A program made the position numbers and the translations under genes. From the NCBI RefSeq assembly GCF_009914755.1, contig NC_060928.1: DNA of 64,000 bases; one strand, 5' to 3'. Each line of letters starts with the position of its first letter. The stretch's first letter is position 1. This document shows, one piece after another, positions 1 through 12,136 of the stretch. The notes beneath the pieces are model-generated. The model did no database searches, was not told where the DNA came from, and saw nothing but the letters and a program-made list of their open reading frames with translations. Source of the stretch: the human T2T-CHM13v2.0 reference genome, Homo sapiens.

Positions 1-1235
1 TCAGACTTTTTGATGTAAGTGTTTAGGTCTATGAACTTGCCTCTTAGCACCACCTTTGCTGTATCCCAGAAGTTTTGATAAGTTGTGTCACTACTGTTAC
101 TCAGTTTGAAAAACTTTTTAATTTCCATCTGGATTTCATTTTTGCCCCAGCGATCATTCAGGAGTGAGTTATTTAATTTCCATGTATTTGCATGGTTTTG
201 AAGGTTCCTTTTGGAGTTAATTTCCAGTTTTATTCCACTGTGGTCTGAGAGAGTGCTTGATGTAATTTCAATTTTCTTAAATTTATTGAGTCTCATTTTG
301 TGGCCTATCATATGGTCTATCTTAAAGAAAGTTCCATGCACTGATCTGCGGTTGTTGGGTAGAATGTCCTGTAAATATCTGTTAAGCCCATTTGTTCCTG
401 GGTATAGTTTAAATCCATTGTTTCTTTGTTGATTTTCTATCTGGATGACCTGTCTAGTGCTGTCAGTGGCATATTGAAGTCCCCCACTATTATTGTGTTG
501 CTGTCTATCTCATTTCTTAGGTCTATTAGTAATTGTTTTATAAATTTTGGACCTCCAGCGTTAGGTGCATATATGTTTAGTACTGTGATATTTTCCTGTT
601 GGACAAGGCCCTTTATCATAATATAGTGTCCCTCTTTGTCTTTTTTAACTGCTGTTGCTTTAAAGTTTGTTTTGTCTGAGATAAGAATAGCTACTCCTGC
701 TCATTTGGTGTCCATTTGCATCGAATATCTTTTTCCATTCACTTACATTAAGTTTATGTGAGTCCTCATGTGTTAGGTGAGTCTCTTGAAGACAATAGAT
801 ACTTGGTTGATGAATTCTTATCCATTCTGTAATTCTGTATCTTTAAAGTGGAGCATTTAGGTCATTTACATTAAATGTTAGTATTGAGATGCGTGGTACC
901 ATTCCATTCATTGCCCTATTTGTTGCCTGTATACCTTGTCTTTTTTTAAAAATTGTATTTTTGTGTTATTAGTTCTGTGAGATTTATACTTTAAAAGTGT
1001 TCTGTTTTGATGTGTTTCTAGGATTTGTTTCAAGATTTAGAGCTCCTTTTAGCAGTTCTTTTAGTTCTGGCTTGGCAGTGGTGAATTCTGTCAGCATTTG
1101 TCTGAAAAAGACTGTATCTTTTCTTCATTTTGCTGAATAAAAAATTCTTGGCTGATAATTATTTTGTTTAAGGAAGTTGAAGATAGGGCCCCAATTCCTT
1201 CTAGCTTGTAGGGTTTCTGCTGAGAAATCTGCTGC
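1..1235 (-). mobile_element. LINE-1 (L1PB-like) ORF2 endonuclease region running back to ORF1 C-terminus; inverted 5' segment
   Basis: ORF 437..619(-) NIYAPN...IIVGDFN is the L1 ORF2 APE endonuclease; ends in antisense ORF1 'gtagggtttctgctgagaaatctgctg'. Confidence 0.9.
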
Positions 1236-1945
1236 TGTTGGCATGGATGTGGTGAACAGGGATCACTTCTACACTGCTGTTGGGAATGTAAACTAGTACA
1301 ACCACTATGGAAAACAGTGTGGAGATTTCTTAAAGAACTAAAAGTAGAACTACCATTTGGTCCAGCAATCCCACTACTGGGTATCTACCCAGAGGAAAAT
1401 AAGTCATTATACAAAAAACATACTTGCACATGCATGTTTATAGCAGCGCAATTCACAATTGCAAAAACATGGAACCAACCCAATTGCCCGTCTATCAATG
1501 AGTGGATAAAGGATGTATATGTATATATAATATATACACACACACACACAAACACACACATATATACACATAATTGAATACTACTCAGCCTAAAAGGAAT
1601 GAAATAATGGCATTTGCAGTGACCTTGATGATAATGGGAGACTATTGTTCTAAGTGAAGTAACTCAGGAATGAAAAACCAAACATTGTATGTTCTCATTT
1701 ATAAGTGGGAGCTAAGGTATGAAGATGCAAAGACAAAAGAATGACACAGTGGACTTTGGGGACTCAGGGGGAAAGGGTGGGAAGGGTGTGAGGGATGAAA
1801 GACTACAAACTGGGTGCAGTATATATTGGTCAGGTGATGGGTGCACCAAAATGTCAGAAATCACCACCAAAGAACTTACTCATGTAACCAAACACCACCT
1901 TATCCCCAATAACCTATGGAAATAAAAAAATAAAAAAGAAATAAA
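1236..1945 (+). mobile_element. LINE-1 (L1PB-like) 3' end with A-rich tail
   Basis: ORF 1317..1577 resembles the ORF2 C-terminus ([22 protein letters not shown]); AATAAA and A-tail at ~1921-1945. Confidence 0.9.
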
Positions 1946-2447
1946 GACACTTATGTATGTTCATCACAGCACTATTCATAACAGCAAAGACATGAAATCA
2001 ACCTAAATGCCCATCAGTGGTAGACTGGATAAAGAAATTGTGGTACATATACACCATGGAATACTATACAGCCATAAAAAAGAATGAGATCATGTTCTTT
2101 GCAGCAACATGGATGGAGCTGGAGGCCATTATCCTAAGCAAACTAACACAGGAACAGAAAAACAAATACACAGAAAAAAAAAAACCCAGAAAAACACATG
2201 TTCTCATTTGTAATTAGTAGCTAAACATTGAGTACATATGGACACAAAGAAGGGAACAGCAGACACCAGGGCCTACTTGGGGGTGAAGCATTAGTGGAGT
2301 GTGAGGATTTAAAAACTACCTATAAGATATACTGTTTATATCTTGGGTGACAAGATAATCTGTCCACCAAACACCGGTGACACACAATTAGCCTATAACA
2401 AACATGCACATGTACTCCTGCACCTAAAATAAAAATAGAAAAAAAAT
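1946..2447 (+). mobile_element. LINE-1 3' end (older L1PA-like)
   Basis: WIKKLWYIYTMEYY motif (ORF 2017..2217), L1 3'UTR and A-tail. Confidence 0.85.
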
Positions 2448-4525
2448 CATACCATATATATATTTTTATACTGGACATTTTATTTGGTAGAAAATTTCCC
2501 TTAAATTTAGCAGTTTGTGATATTGTATAAAGAAATAATAAGATTTATTTTTCTATAATTTTATTTTATTTCTCGGTTTTCTTACTTTCTGCTTATTTGT
2601 CTGTCATTATACCACAGTATATAAATTTCTTTCAAAAAATTGTTTACAATAACCCATTTTCTTACTTACTCTGATACACTGAAAAAAATGGAATTGAGTT
2701 GCTTTCTTTATCTTGTCTGAACACCATACATGGTGTTGGACATTGCCTTTGAAAAGCCTCTTACATTGCTTGCTTTCTTTTACTAAGCTATTTTATCTTA
2801 CTTAGAACCACTAAAAGGTGATGCACTGAAATTTGGGCCCTTAGTCTACAGTTTTTCCACAGGTAGACTTTTTTACACAATTTCCCAGTATATGAAAGTA
2901 GTTCATTAAAACAAACCCAGTTTTCTTGGGTTTATGTGGTGCTGCTAAAACAGCAGTAGCTATGATTCCTTTTTTTTTTTCTAAAGAAAGTAAACCTGTT
3001 ACTTTCATGACAGAAAATGTTTTCTTCAGAGATATTCTTATACAGTTTTCCCATTTTCCTTTCATGATAATTTTCTTTTTAATATTTAATTATTCCCTGT
3101 GCTTTAATGCCTACTCTCAAGTTTTAGATTATGTGATTGTGATTTCTCCTATAATACACATCTCAGTAGACAATGCCTCCAAAATGTTATGAGTGCTATG
3201 TAACAATCTGTAATCCCAGGGCAAGATTCTATTTCTGGACATAATTATCAAAGCTATTATCATTTATGGTTTTGCCAGTTTTACTACTTTCCACTTATTT
3301 ATCCATCTGGCATTACACCCTAAAGCCTTTACCATTTGTGAATCATTGGCAATATTCACACCCAATTGTTATGACTCACTAGAAATATTTGCCAGATTTC
3401 TCAACATTTAAAAGAGACTTTCTTATTTTATGTTATTTAATTTTAACCAGTACAGTTGGCACAAAGGCCTCTTTTTACTGAAATTTTGAAAATAGATGCC
3501 AGATTAGAAGTGATTCCCATATTTAGATCATTTACACACGCACCCTTTTGTTCTAAAAACTCACAGATTATGACATCTTTCATGACTGCTTTTAAAAGTA
3601 TGGATGTGAAACTTAGACAATGTGAACTCTCTGGATGAGGCATTAGAATTAATTAAAAGTTATTCCAGTTCTGTAAAAAGATTGCAAATGTTCAGTCTCT
3701 TTAGATAAATTATATTTCTTAGTATATCTTAGACAAGATATTTCATAGCTTTAAACATTATTTTTCTCATTTGTAATTATTTGTATCTATGAGGTTTCTC
3801 TTTAGTGCTATTAGTAATTCTTTTTAATTCATTGTTCTAAGAACACTTAACATGAGATCTGTGCTCTTAACACATTTTTAAATGTACAATGCATTTTTGT
3901 TGACTGTTGGTACAGTGTTCTACAGCAGGTGTCTAGAGCTTATTCATCCTACTTAGCTGAACTTTATGCCTGTTGATTAGTTACCCATTTCTTACTATTT
4001 TAGCCTCTGGCAGGTACCATTTCACTCTGATTTGACTATTTTAAATATCTAATGTAAGTAGAATCATGCAGCATTTTTCTTTCTGTGCCTGGGTTATTTC
4101 CCTAGCCTAATGTCCTAAAGTTCATTCATTTGTTGCATATTGCAAAATTTCCTTCTTTTTCTTAAGGCTGAATAGTATTCCATTGTTTGTTTGTAACACA
4201 TTTTCTTTATCCATTCATATGTTGATGGAAATTTAGGTTGTTTCTATATCTTAGGTATTGTGAATACTGCTCCAACAAACATGGGAATGCTAATATGTTA
4301 TTGGAATACTGATTTTAATCATTTTGGATGAATATCCAGTTATGGGATCATTCAATCTTGTGGAAATCCCATTGTTAATATTTTGAGGAACTTCCACACT
4401 GTTTTCCACGATGGCTGCACCATTTTGTATTCCCACCAACAATATGCAGGAGTGGCAATTTCTCCACATCCTCATGGATGTCTTTTGTTTGGTTGTTTGT
4501 ATAATAGCCATAATGACACGTTTGA

Positions 4526-5033
4526 TGTTGGAGGTAGAAAGATTGAGGGTTGTGATCAACTCAGTATATCACTGGAGGCTATATGAGTAAGCAGCAAACT
4601 GTTTGTCATAAATGCAGAATGTTGGCAGATCGACAAACTGCATCTGCCACCCAGAAGGAATGCTGAGGGCAGTCTCACCCCAGACAAGTGTTTCTTGTGA
4701 TTAGGCAAATCTGAAACCTGTTAATAATAATATGAACCTGTGATCAATCAAGCAGCTGACCACCCATTAGCTCCTCCTCTCTGCTCTTTCTACCCAATAA
4801 AAATGAAGGGCTGAAGAAGCTCAGGGCGGTGGCTGCCTTTGCTCACTAGAAGCGGGGAGCTATTTTCTTCTTCCTAGGTCCCCCTTCCTTTAAAACAGTT
4901 TCTTTTGTTTCTTTGTTGTTGTTGTTATTTCTACATTTGTCCCTTCATTCATCTTGTAATGACGGTCTCAAGTAGTGACAGTAGTAACTGTTGTAGTGAC
5001 GGTCTCAAGTAATTGAGACCACAGTCAGCCACA
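4526..5033 (+). mobile_element. ERVK solo LTR (LTR3 / HML-6-like)
   Basis: TG...CA termini, AATAAA at ~4796, perfect 6-bp TSD GTTTGA (4520-4525, 5034-5039); family name from recalled consensus. Confidence 0.8.
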
Positions 5034-5152
5034 GTTTGAGGTGATATCTCATTGTAGTTTTGATTTGTGTTTTTCTGATGATTAGTGATGTTAAGCACCT
5101 CTTCATATAACTGTTGACTATTTGTATGTTTTCTTTTGAAAATATCTACTCA

Positions 5153-5456
<304 letters not shown>

Positions 5457-5472
5457 TTATTTTACAATTAGG

Positions 5473-5473
<1 letters not shown>

Positions 5474-5511
<38 letters not shown>
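5474..5511. repeat. (TA)n(TG)n microsatellite
   Basis: Direct reading. Confidence 0.95.
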
Positions 5512-5514
<3 letters not shown>

Positions 5515-6213
5515 ACTATTGAGTTGTAGGATTTCCTTATATATTGTGGAGATAAACCTTTATTAGGTATATGGTTTGCAAATATTTTCTCCCATTCCAT
5601 AGGGAGCCTTGTCACTCTGTTAATTGTTGCTTTCTGTGCAGAAGTTTATTAGCTTGATATAGTTAACATGTCTTTGTTTTTGTTTCTTATACTTTTGGTG
5701 TTCTATCCATGAAATCATTGCCAAGACAAAAGTCATGAAGCTTTTTCTCTGTTTCATAATTTTGGGTCTTAGGTTCATCTTTAATCCATTTTGAGTTGGT
5801 TTTTGTATGTGGTGTAAGATAAAGGTCCAATATCATTCTTTTGCATGTGGATATCCAGTTTTCTCAGCATAATTTTTCAAAGATATTCAACTTTTCTCAT
5901 TATGTGTTCTTGGTACTCTTGTTAAAAATCAGTTGACCACATATATGTGGATTTATTTCTGGGCTTTTTATTCTCTTTTGTTGGTCTGCATGTCTATCTT
6001 TATGCCTGTATGATTCTGTTTTAATTATTGGAGCTTTGTCATATATTTTGAAATCAAGAAGTGTAATGCCTCCAGTTTTGTTTTTCTTTGTCAGGGTCTT
6101 TTGTGTTTCCATATGAATTGTAGAATTTTTTTTCTATTTATGTAAAAAATACCATTGGGGATTTTGACAGATATTACATTTAATCTGTAGATTGCTCTAG
6201 GTGCTATAAACAT

Positions 6214-7596
6214 CTTTTTAAACTTTCATTTCAGGTTTGGGGTACATGTGAAAGTTTGTTACCTAGATAAACTCATGTCACAGGGGTTTGTTATACAGAT
6301 TATTTTATCATCCAGGAATTAAGTCCAGTCCCAATAATTATCTTTTCTGCTCCTCTCCCTCCTCCCAGCCTGCACCCTCAAGTAGATCCCAGTGTCTGTT
6401 GTTTCTTTGTGTTTATAAGTTCTCATCATTTAGCTCTCATGAAAACATGTGGTATTTGGTTTTCATTTCCTACATTAGTTTACTGAGGATGATCACCTCC
6501 AGCTCCATCCATATTCTCACAAAAGACATGATCTCATTCTTTTTTATGGCTACATAGTATTCTATGGTGTATATGTACCACATTTTCTTTATTCATTCAT
6601 ATGTTGATGGACATTTAGGTTGTTTCCATATGTTAGCTATTGTGAATAGTGCTGCAACGAACATTTACATGCATGTGTCTTTATGGTAGAATGATTTATG
6701 TTCCTCTGGGTTTATACTCAGTAATGGGATTGCTTGGTCGAATGGTGGTTCTGCTTTTAGCTCTTTGGGGAATCATCACACTGTCTTCCACAATGGATGA
6801 ACTAATTTACACTCCCACCAACAGTGTATAAGTGTTTCTTTTCTCCATAACCTTGCCAGCATCTTTTATTTTTTGACTTTTTAGTAATAGCCATTCTGAC
6901 TGGTGTGAGATGATATATCATTGTGGTTTTGATTTACATTTCTCTAATGATCAGTGATATTGAGCTTTTTGTTGTATGCTTGTTGAAAAGTGTTCATTTG
7001 AAATGTGTTCATGTCCTTTTCCCGCTTTTTAGTGGGGTTGTTTGTTGCTTGTAAATCTGTTTAAGTTCCTTATAGATGCTGGGTATTAGACCTTTGTCAG
7101 ATATATAGTTTGCAAATACATTTTCCCATTCTGTAGGTTGTCTGTTTACTCTGTTGACAGTTTCTTTTGATGTACAAAAGAAGTTGCTTTTGCTGTACGA
7201 AGCTCTTTAGTTTAAGCATATACTATTTGTCCATTTTTCCTTTCATTGGGATTGCTTTTGGTGTCTTTGTCATGAAATCTTTGCCTGTACCTATGTTCAT
7301 GATGGTATTGCCTAGGTTGCCTTCCATGGTTTTTATAGTTTTGGGTTTTATGTTTAAGTCTAATTCATGTTGCATTGATTTTTGTATAAGGTACAAGGAA
7401 GGGCTCCAGTTTCAGTCTTCTGTATGTGGTTAGCCAGCTATCCCAGCACCATTTATTGAATAGGGAGTCTTTCCCTCATTGCTTTTTTTTTTTTTTTGTC
7501 AGCTTTGTTAAAAAATCAGATGGTTGTAGGCATGTGGCCTTATTTCTGGGCTCTCTATTCTATTCCATTGGCCTATGCACCTGTTTTTGTACCAGT
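6214..7596 (-). mobile_element. 5'-truncated LINE-1 (L1PA13-16-like) nested in the older L1
   Basis: Antisense L1PA 3' end 'ggggtacatgtgaaagtttgttac'; host resumes at 'aacattttaacaatatt'. Confidence 0.8.
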
Positions 7597-8794
7597 GAAC
7601 ATTTTAACAATATTAAGTCTTTCAATTCTTGAACACGTAATGGCTTTTCATTTGTCGTGTCTTCTACAGTTTCTTTCACCAGTGTTTTGTAGTTTCTAGT
7701 ATAAAAGTATTTCTAAGTTAGGTTTATGCCTAAGACTTTTATTCTTTTTGTCTCTAAAAATCTTTTAGCTTTTCACTACTGAATATAAGGCTCGCTGTGG
7801 GTTTTCATATATGGCCTTTATTACATTATGGTAATTTTCTTCTATTCTTAGTTTGTTGAGAATTTTATCACGAAAAATTATTAAATTTTATCAAATGCTT
7901 TTCCTGCATCTATAGAGATGATCATGTGATTTTATCTTTTATTTTCTTAATGAGGTTTATCATATTAATTGTTTTTTGTATGTTGAAATGGGCTTGCATT
8001 CCAAGAGATTTATCCTGGGATGAGTATATACACTTTGTCATGGTGTATTATCCTTTATATGCTATTGGATTTGGTTTGCTAGTATTTTGTTGAAGCTTTC
8101 TTACATCTGTTTTCACCAGGAATATTGGCCTGTAGCTTCTTTTCTTGTGGTATCCTTGTATGGCTTCATAAAATGATTTTGGGAGAGTTTCCTTCCCTTC
8201 AGTATTTTAGAAGAGTTTGAAAAGGATACCATTTGTTGTTTTTTAAATGTTTGATAGAATTTACTTTTGAAGATATCTAGTTCTGGGCTGTTATTTGTTG
8301 GAATATTTTAAATCACTGATTCAATCTTGTTATAGATCTGCTCAGACTTTCTGTCTCTTTATTATCTATTGTGATATGCCGTATGCTTCTAGGGAATTAT
8401 TCACTACTTTTTGGTTATCTAGCTTGTTTGTGTGTAATGGTTCATAACTGATCCTGGTTCTTTTTATTTCTGTGGTATCAGTTGTAATGTTTTCTTTTTC
8501 ACTTCTTATTTTATTTAATACTGTCTTCTCTCTTTTTCTTAGTTTAGTTCATGGCTTGTCTTGCGCATCTTCTCAAAAAAACCAACTCCAAATTTCATAA
8601 ATTTTTATTGTTTTTCTGTTTTTTTATGTTATTTATTTCTGCTCAAATCGTTTTTAAATTTTCTCCCTTCTGCTAATTTTGGGCTTAGCTTTTCTTTTTT
8701 CTAGATCCCTGAAGAGTATATTTAGGTGGTTTACTTGAGATATTTCTTGTTTTTAAAATGTAAGTATTTATTATAATAAACTTCCATCCGTATT

Positions 8795-9155
8795 TTCTAT
8801 GGCCTGAATGTTTGTGTCCCTCAAAGTTTATATATTGAAACCTAATTTCTAGCGTGATGGTATTAGGAAGTAGGACATTTCGCAGATAATTAGATCATGA
8901 AGGTGGAGACCTCATGAATGGGATTACTGTTCTTTTAAGGGCTGAAGGAATCAAAATTCTTTCCTTCCTTAAAGTAAGGCCATAAGGAGAAGGTGCCATC
9001 TATGACCTAGGAAAAGGGCCCTCACCAGATACAGATTTTCCCAGTGCCTTGAGCTCGACCTTTCCAGCCTCCAGAATTTGGGTAAATATATTTCTATTGC
9101 TTACAAGCAACAAAGTTTATGGAATTTTGTTATAGAAGCCTGAGCAGAATAATAC
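8795..9155 (+). mobile_element. MaLR solo LTR (MLT1A-like)
   Basis: Start 'ctatggcctgaatgtttgtgtccc', end 'gttatagaagcctgagcagaataata'. Confidence 0.8.
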
Positions 9156-10159
9156 TGCTTTTGCTGTATTCCAAAAATATTGGTGTGTGGTGTTTTTGTT
9201 AATGTTTCTCTTCAGGTATTTTCTTGTTTAAAAAATTTGCTTAAACTTCAACTTTTACTTTATGTTAAATTTTAATTGTTGTGGGTGCATAGTAGGTGTA
9301 TATATTCATGGGGTACATATATCTTGATACAGGCATGCAATGTATAAAATCACATCATGGAAAATGGGGTATCCATACCCTTGAACATTTATCTTTTGTG
9401 TTACAAACAATCCAGTTACTTTTTTTTTGTTATTTTAACATGGAATACAAAATTATTGTTTACCATACTAATCTGTTGTGCTATCAAATACTAGGTCTTG
9501 TTCATTCTTCTATTTTTTTGTACCTATGAACCATCCCTACCTCTCCCTTACAACCTTCCCTACCACCCTTCCTGTCTGCTGGAAACCTTTGTTCTGCACT
9601 CTGTCTCCATGAGCTTAATTCTTTTAATTTTTAGATCCTACAAATAAATGAGAACATGTGATGTTTGCCTTTCTATGCCTTGCTTATTTCACTTAACATA
9701 ATGATATCCAGTTCCACCCATTTTGCTATAAATGACGGGATCTCATTCTTCTTTATGGTTAAATAGTATTCAATTGTGTATAAATACCACATTTTCTTTA
9801 CCCATTCATCTGTTAATGGACACTTCAACACTTCAAGGTCAAGTGGACAGTTCAGCACTTCAACGTTGCTTCCAAATCCTGGCTACTGTAAATAGTGCTA
9901 CAACAAACATGCAAGTGCAGCTATCTCTTCAGTATACTGATTTCCACTCTTTTGTGTACATATCCAGCAGTCAGATTGCTGGATCATACGGTAGCTCTGT
10001 TTTTAGTTTTGTGAAGAACCTCCAAAATGTTCTACACAGTGGTTGTACAAATTTACATTTCCATCAACAGTATATGAGGCTTGTGTATTCTCCACATCCT
10101 CCCTAGCATGTGTTATCATCTGTTTTTTGGATATAAGCCACTTTAACTGGGGTGAGATG

Positions 10160-11256
10160 TGTTGCGGGAAGTCATGGACCCTGAATGGAGGGAGCAGTTA
10201 GAGCTGCGGCAGAGGAACATAAATTGTGAAGATTTCATGGACATTTATTAGTTCCCCAAATTAATACTTTTATAATTTCTTATGCCTATCTTTACTGCAA
10301 TTTCTGAACATAAATTGTGAAGATTTCCTGGACATTTATCAGTTCCCAAAGAATACTTTTATAATTTCTTATGCCTGTCCTTACTTTAATCTTTTAATCC
10401 TGTTATCTTCATAAGCTGAGGATGTACCTCACCTCAGGACCCTGTGATGATTGCATTAACTGTACAAATTGATTGTAAAACGTGTGTTTGAACAATATGA
10501 AATCAGTGCACCTTGAAAATGAACAGAATAATAGTAATTTTAGGGAACAAGGGAAGACAACCATAAGGTCTGACTGCCTGCGGGGTCGGGCAAAAACAGC
10601 CATATTTTTCTACTTGCAGAGAGCCTATATCAGTTGTGCAAGTAGGAGAGATATTGCTAAATTCTTTTCCTAGCAAGGAATATAATATTAAGACCCTAGG
10701 AAAAGAATTGCGTTCCTGAGGGGAGGTCTATAAACAGCCGCTCTAGGAGTGTCTGTCCTATGTGGTTGAGATAAGGACTGAGATACGCCCTGGTCTCCTG
10801 CAGTACCCTCCCTCAGGCTTACTAGGATTGGGAAATCTCAGCCCTGGTAAATTTGAGGTCAGACCAGTTCTCTGCTCTCAAACCCTGTTTTCTGTTAAGA
10901 TGTTTATCAAGACAATACGTGCACCGCTGAACACAGAACCTTATCAGGAGTTTCCGATTTTGCCCTGGTCCTGTTTCCTCAGAAGCATGCGATCTTTGCT
11001 CTGCCTTTTGCCCCTTGAAGCATGTGACCTACTCCCTGTTCATACATCCCCTCCCCTTTTGAAATCCCTAATAAAAACTTGCTGGTTTTGCGGCTCAGGT
11101 GGGCATCATGGTCCTACCGATATGTGATGTCATCCCCGGGAGCCCAGCTGTAAAATTCCTCTCTTTGTATCCTTTCTCTTTATTTCTCAGACTGGCTGAC
11201 ATTTAGGGAAAATAGAAAGAACCTACATTGAAATATTGGGGCGGATTCCCCTGATA
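10160..11256 (+). mobile_element. ERVK solo LTR (MER11 / HML-8-like)
   Basis: Start TGTTGCGGGAAGTCA, internal tandem 'aacataaattgtgaagatttc' repeats, AATAAA ~11070, perfect 6-bp TSD GAGATG (10154-10159, 11257-11262). Confidence 0.9.
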
Positions 11257-12136
11257 GAGATGATATCTCATTGTAGTTTTGATTTGCATTTTTCTGATTA
11301 TCAGTGATGTTGAACACCTTTTCATATGCCTGTTTGCCATTTGTATGTCTTCTTTTGAGAAATGTCTTCAAGTATTTTACCCATTTTTAAATTGGTTCAA
11401 TAGATTTTTTCCTATAGGGTTGTTTGAGCTCCCTATATATTCTGGTTTTAAATCCCTTAGGTAGGTAGTTTGCAAATATTTTCTTCAATTTGGTAGATTG
11501 TCTCTTCACTTTGTTGATTGTATCCTTTGCTGTGCAGAAGATTTTTACCTTGATGTGGTCCCATTTGTCCATTTTTGCTTTAGTTGTCTGTGTTTTTGGG
11601 GTATTACTCAAGAAATTTTTGCCCAGTCAAATGTCCTGGAGATTTTCCCCCAATTTTTTGTTTAAGTGGTTTAATAGTTTGAGGTCTCAGATTTAAGGTT
11701 TTAGTCTATTTTTTTATTTGATTTTTGTGGATGGAAAAAAGATAGGGGTCTAGCTTCATTCTTCTGCACATGGATATCCAGTTTTCCCAACATTGGTTAC
11801 TGGAGAGACAATCTTCACAGATGCTTTGCATCTTTGTCAAAAATGAGTTCACTGTAGGTGTGTGGATTTGTTTTTGGGTTCTCTAACCTGTTAATTTGGT
11901 CTATGTATCTGTTTTTATGCCAGTACCATGCTATTGTGTTTACTATAGTTCTGTAGCATAATTTAGTCAGGTAATGTGATTTCTCCAGTTTTGTTCTTTT
12001 TGCTTAGGACAGCTTTTGCTATTCTGGGTTTTTCATGGTTCCACAGAATGTTTAGGATTGTTTCTTCTATTTCTGTGAAGAATGTCATTGGTATTTTGAT
12101 AATGATTGTATTGAATCTGTAGATTGCTTCAGATAG

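Noticed and set aside
10215-10385. Tandem ~95-bp repeats resembling an array
   Set aside because: Known internal repeats of MER11 LTRs; not CRISPR-like, and the DNA is eukaryotic.
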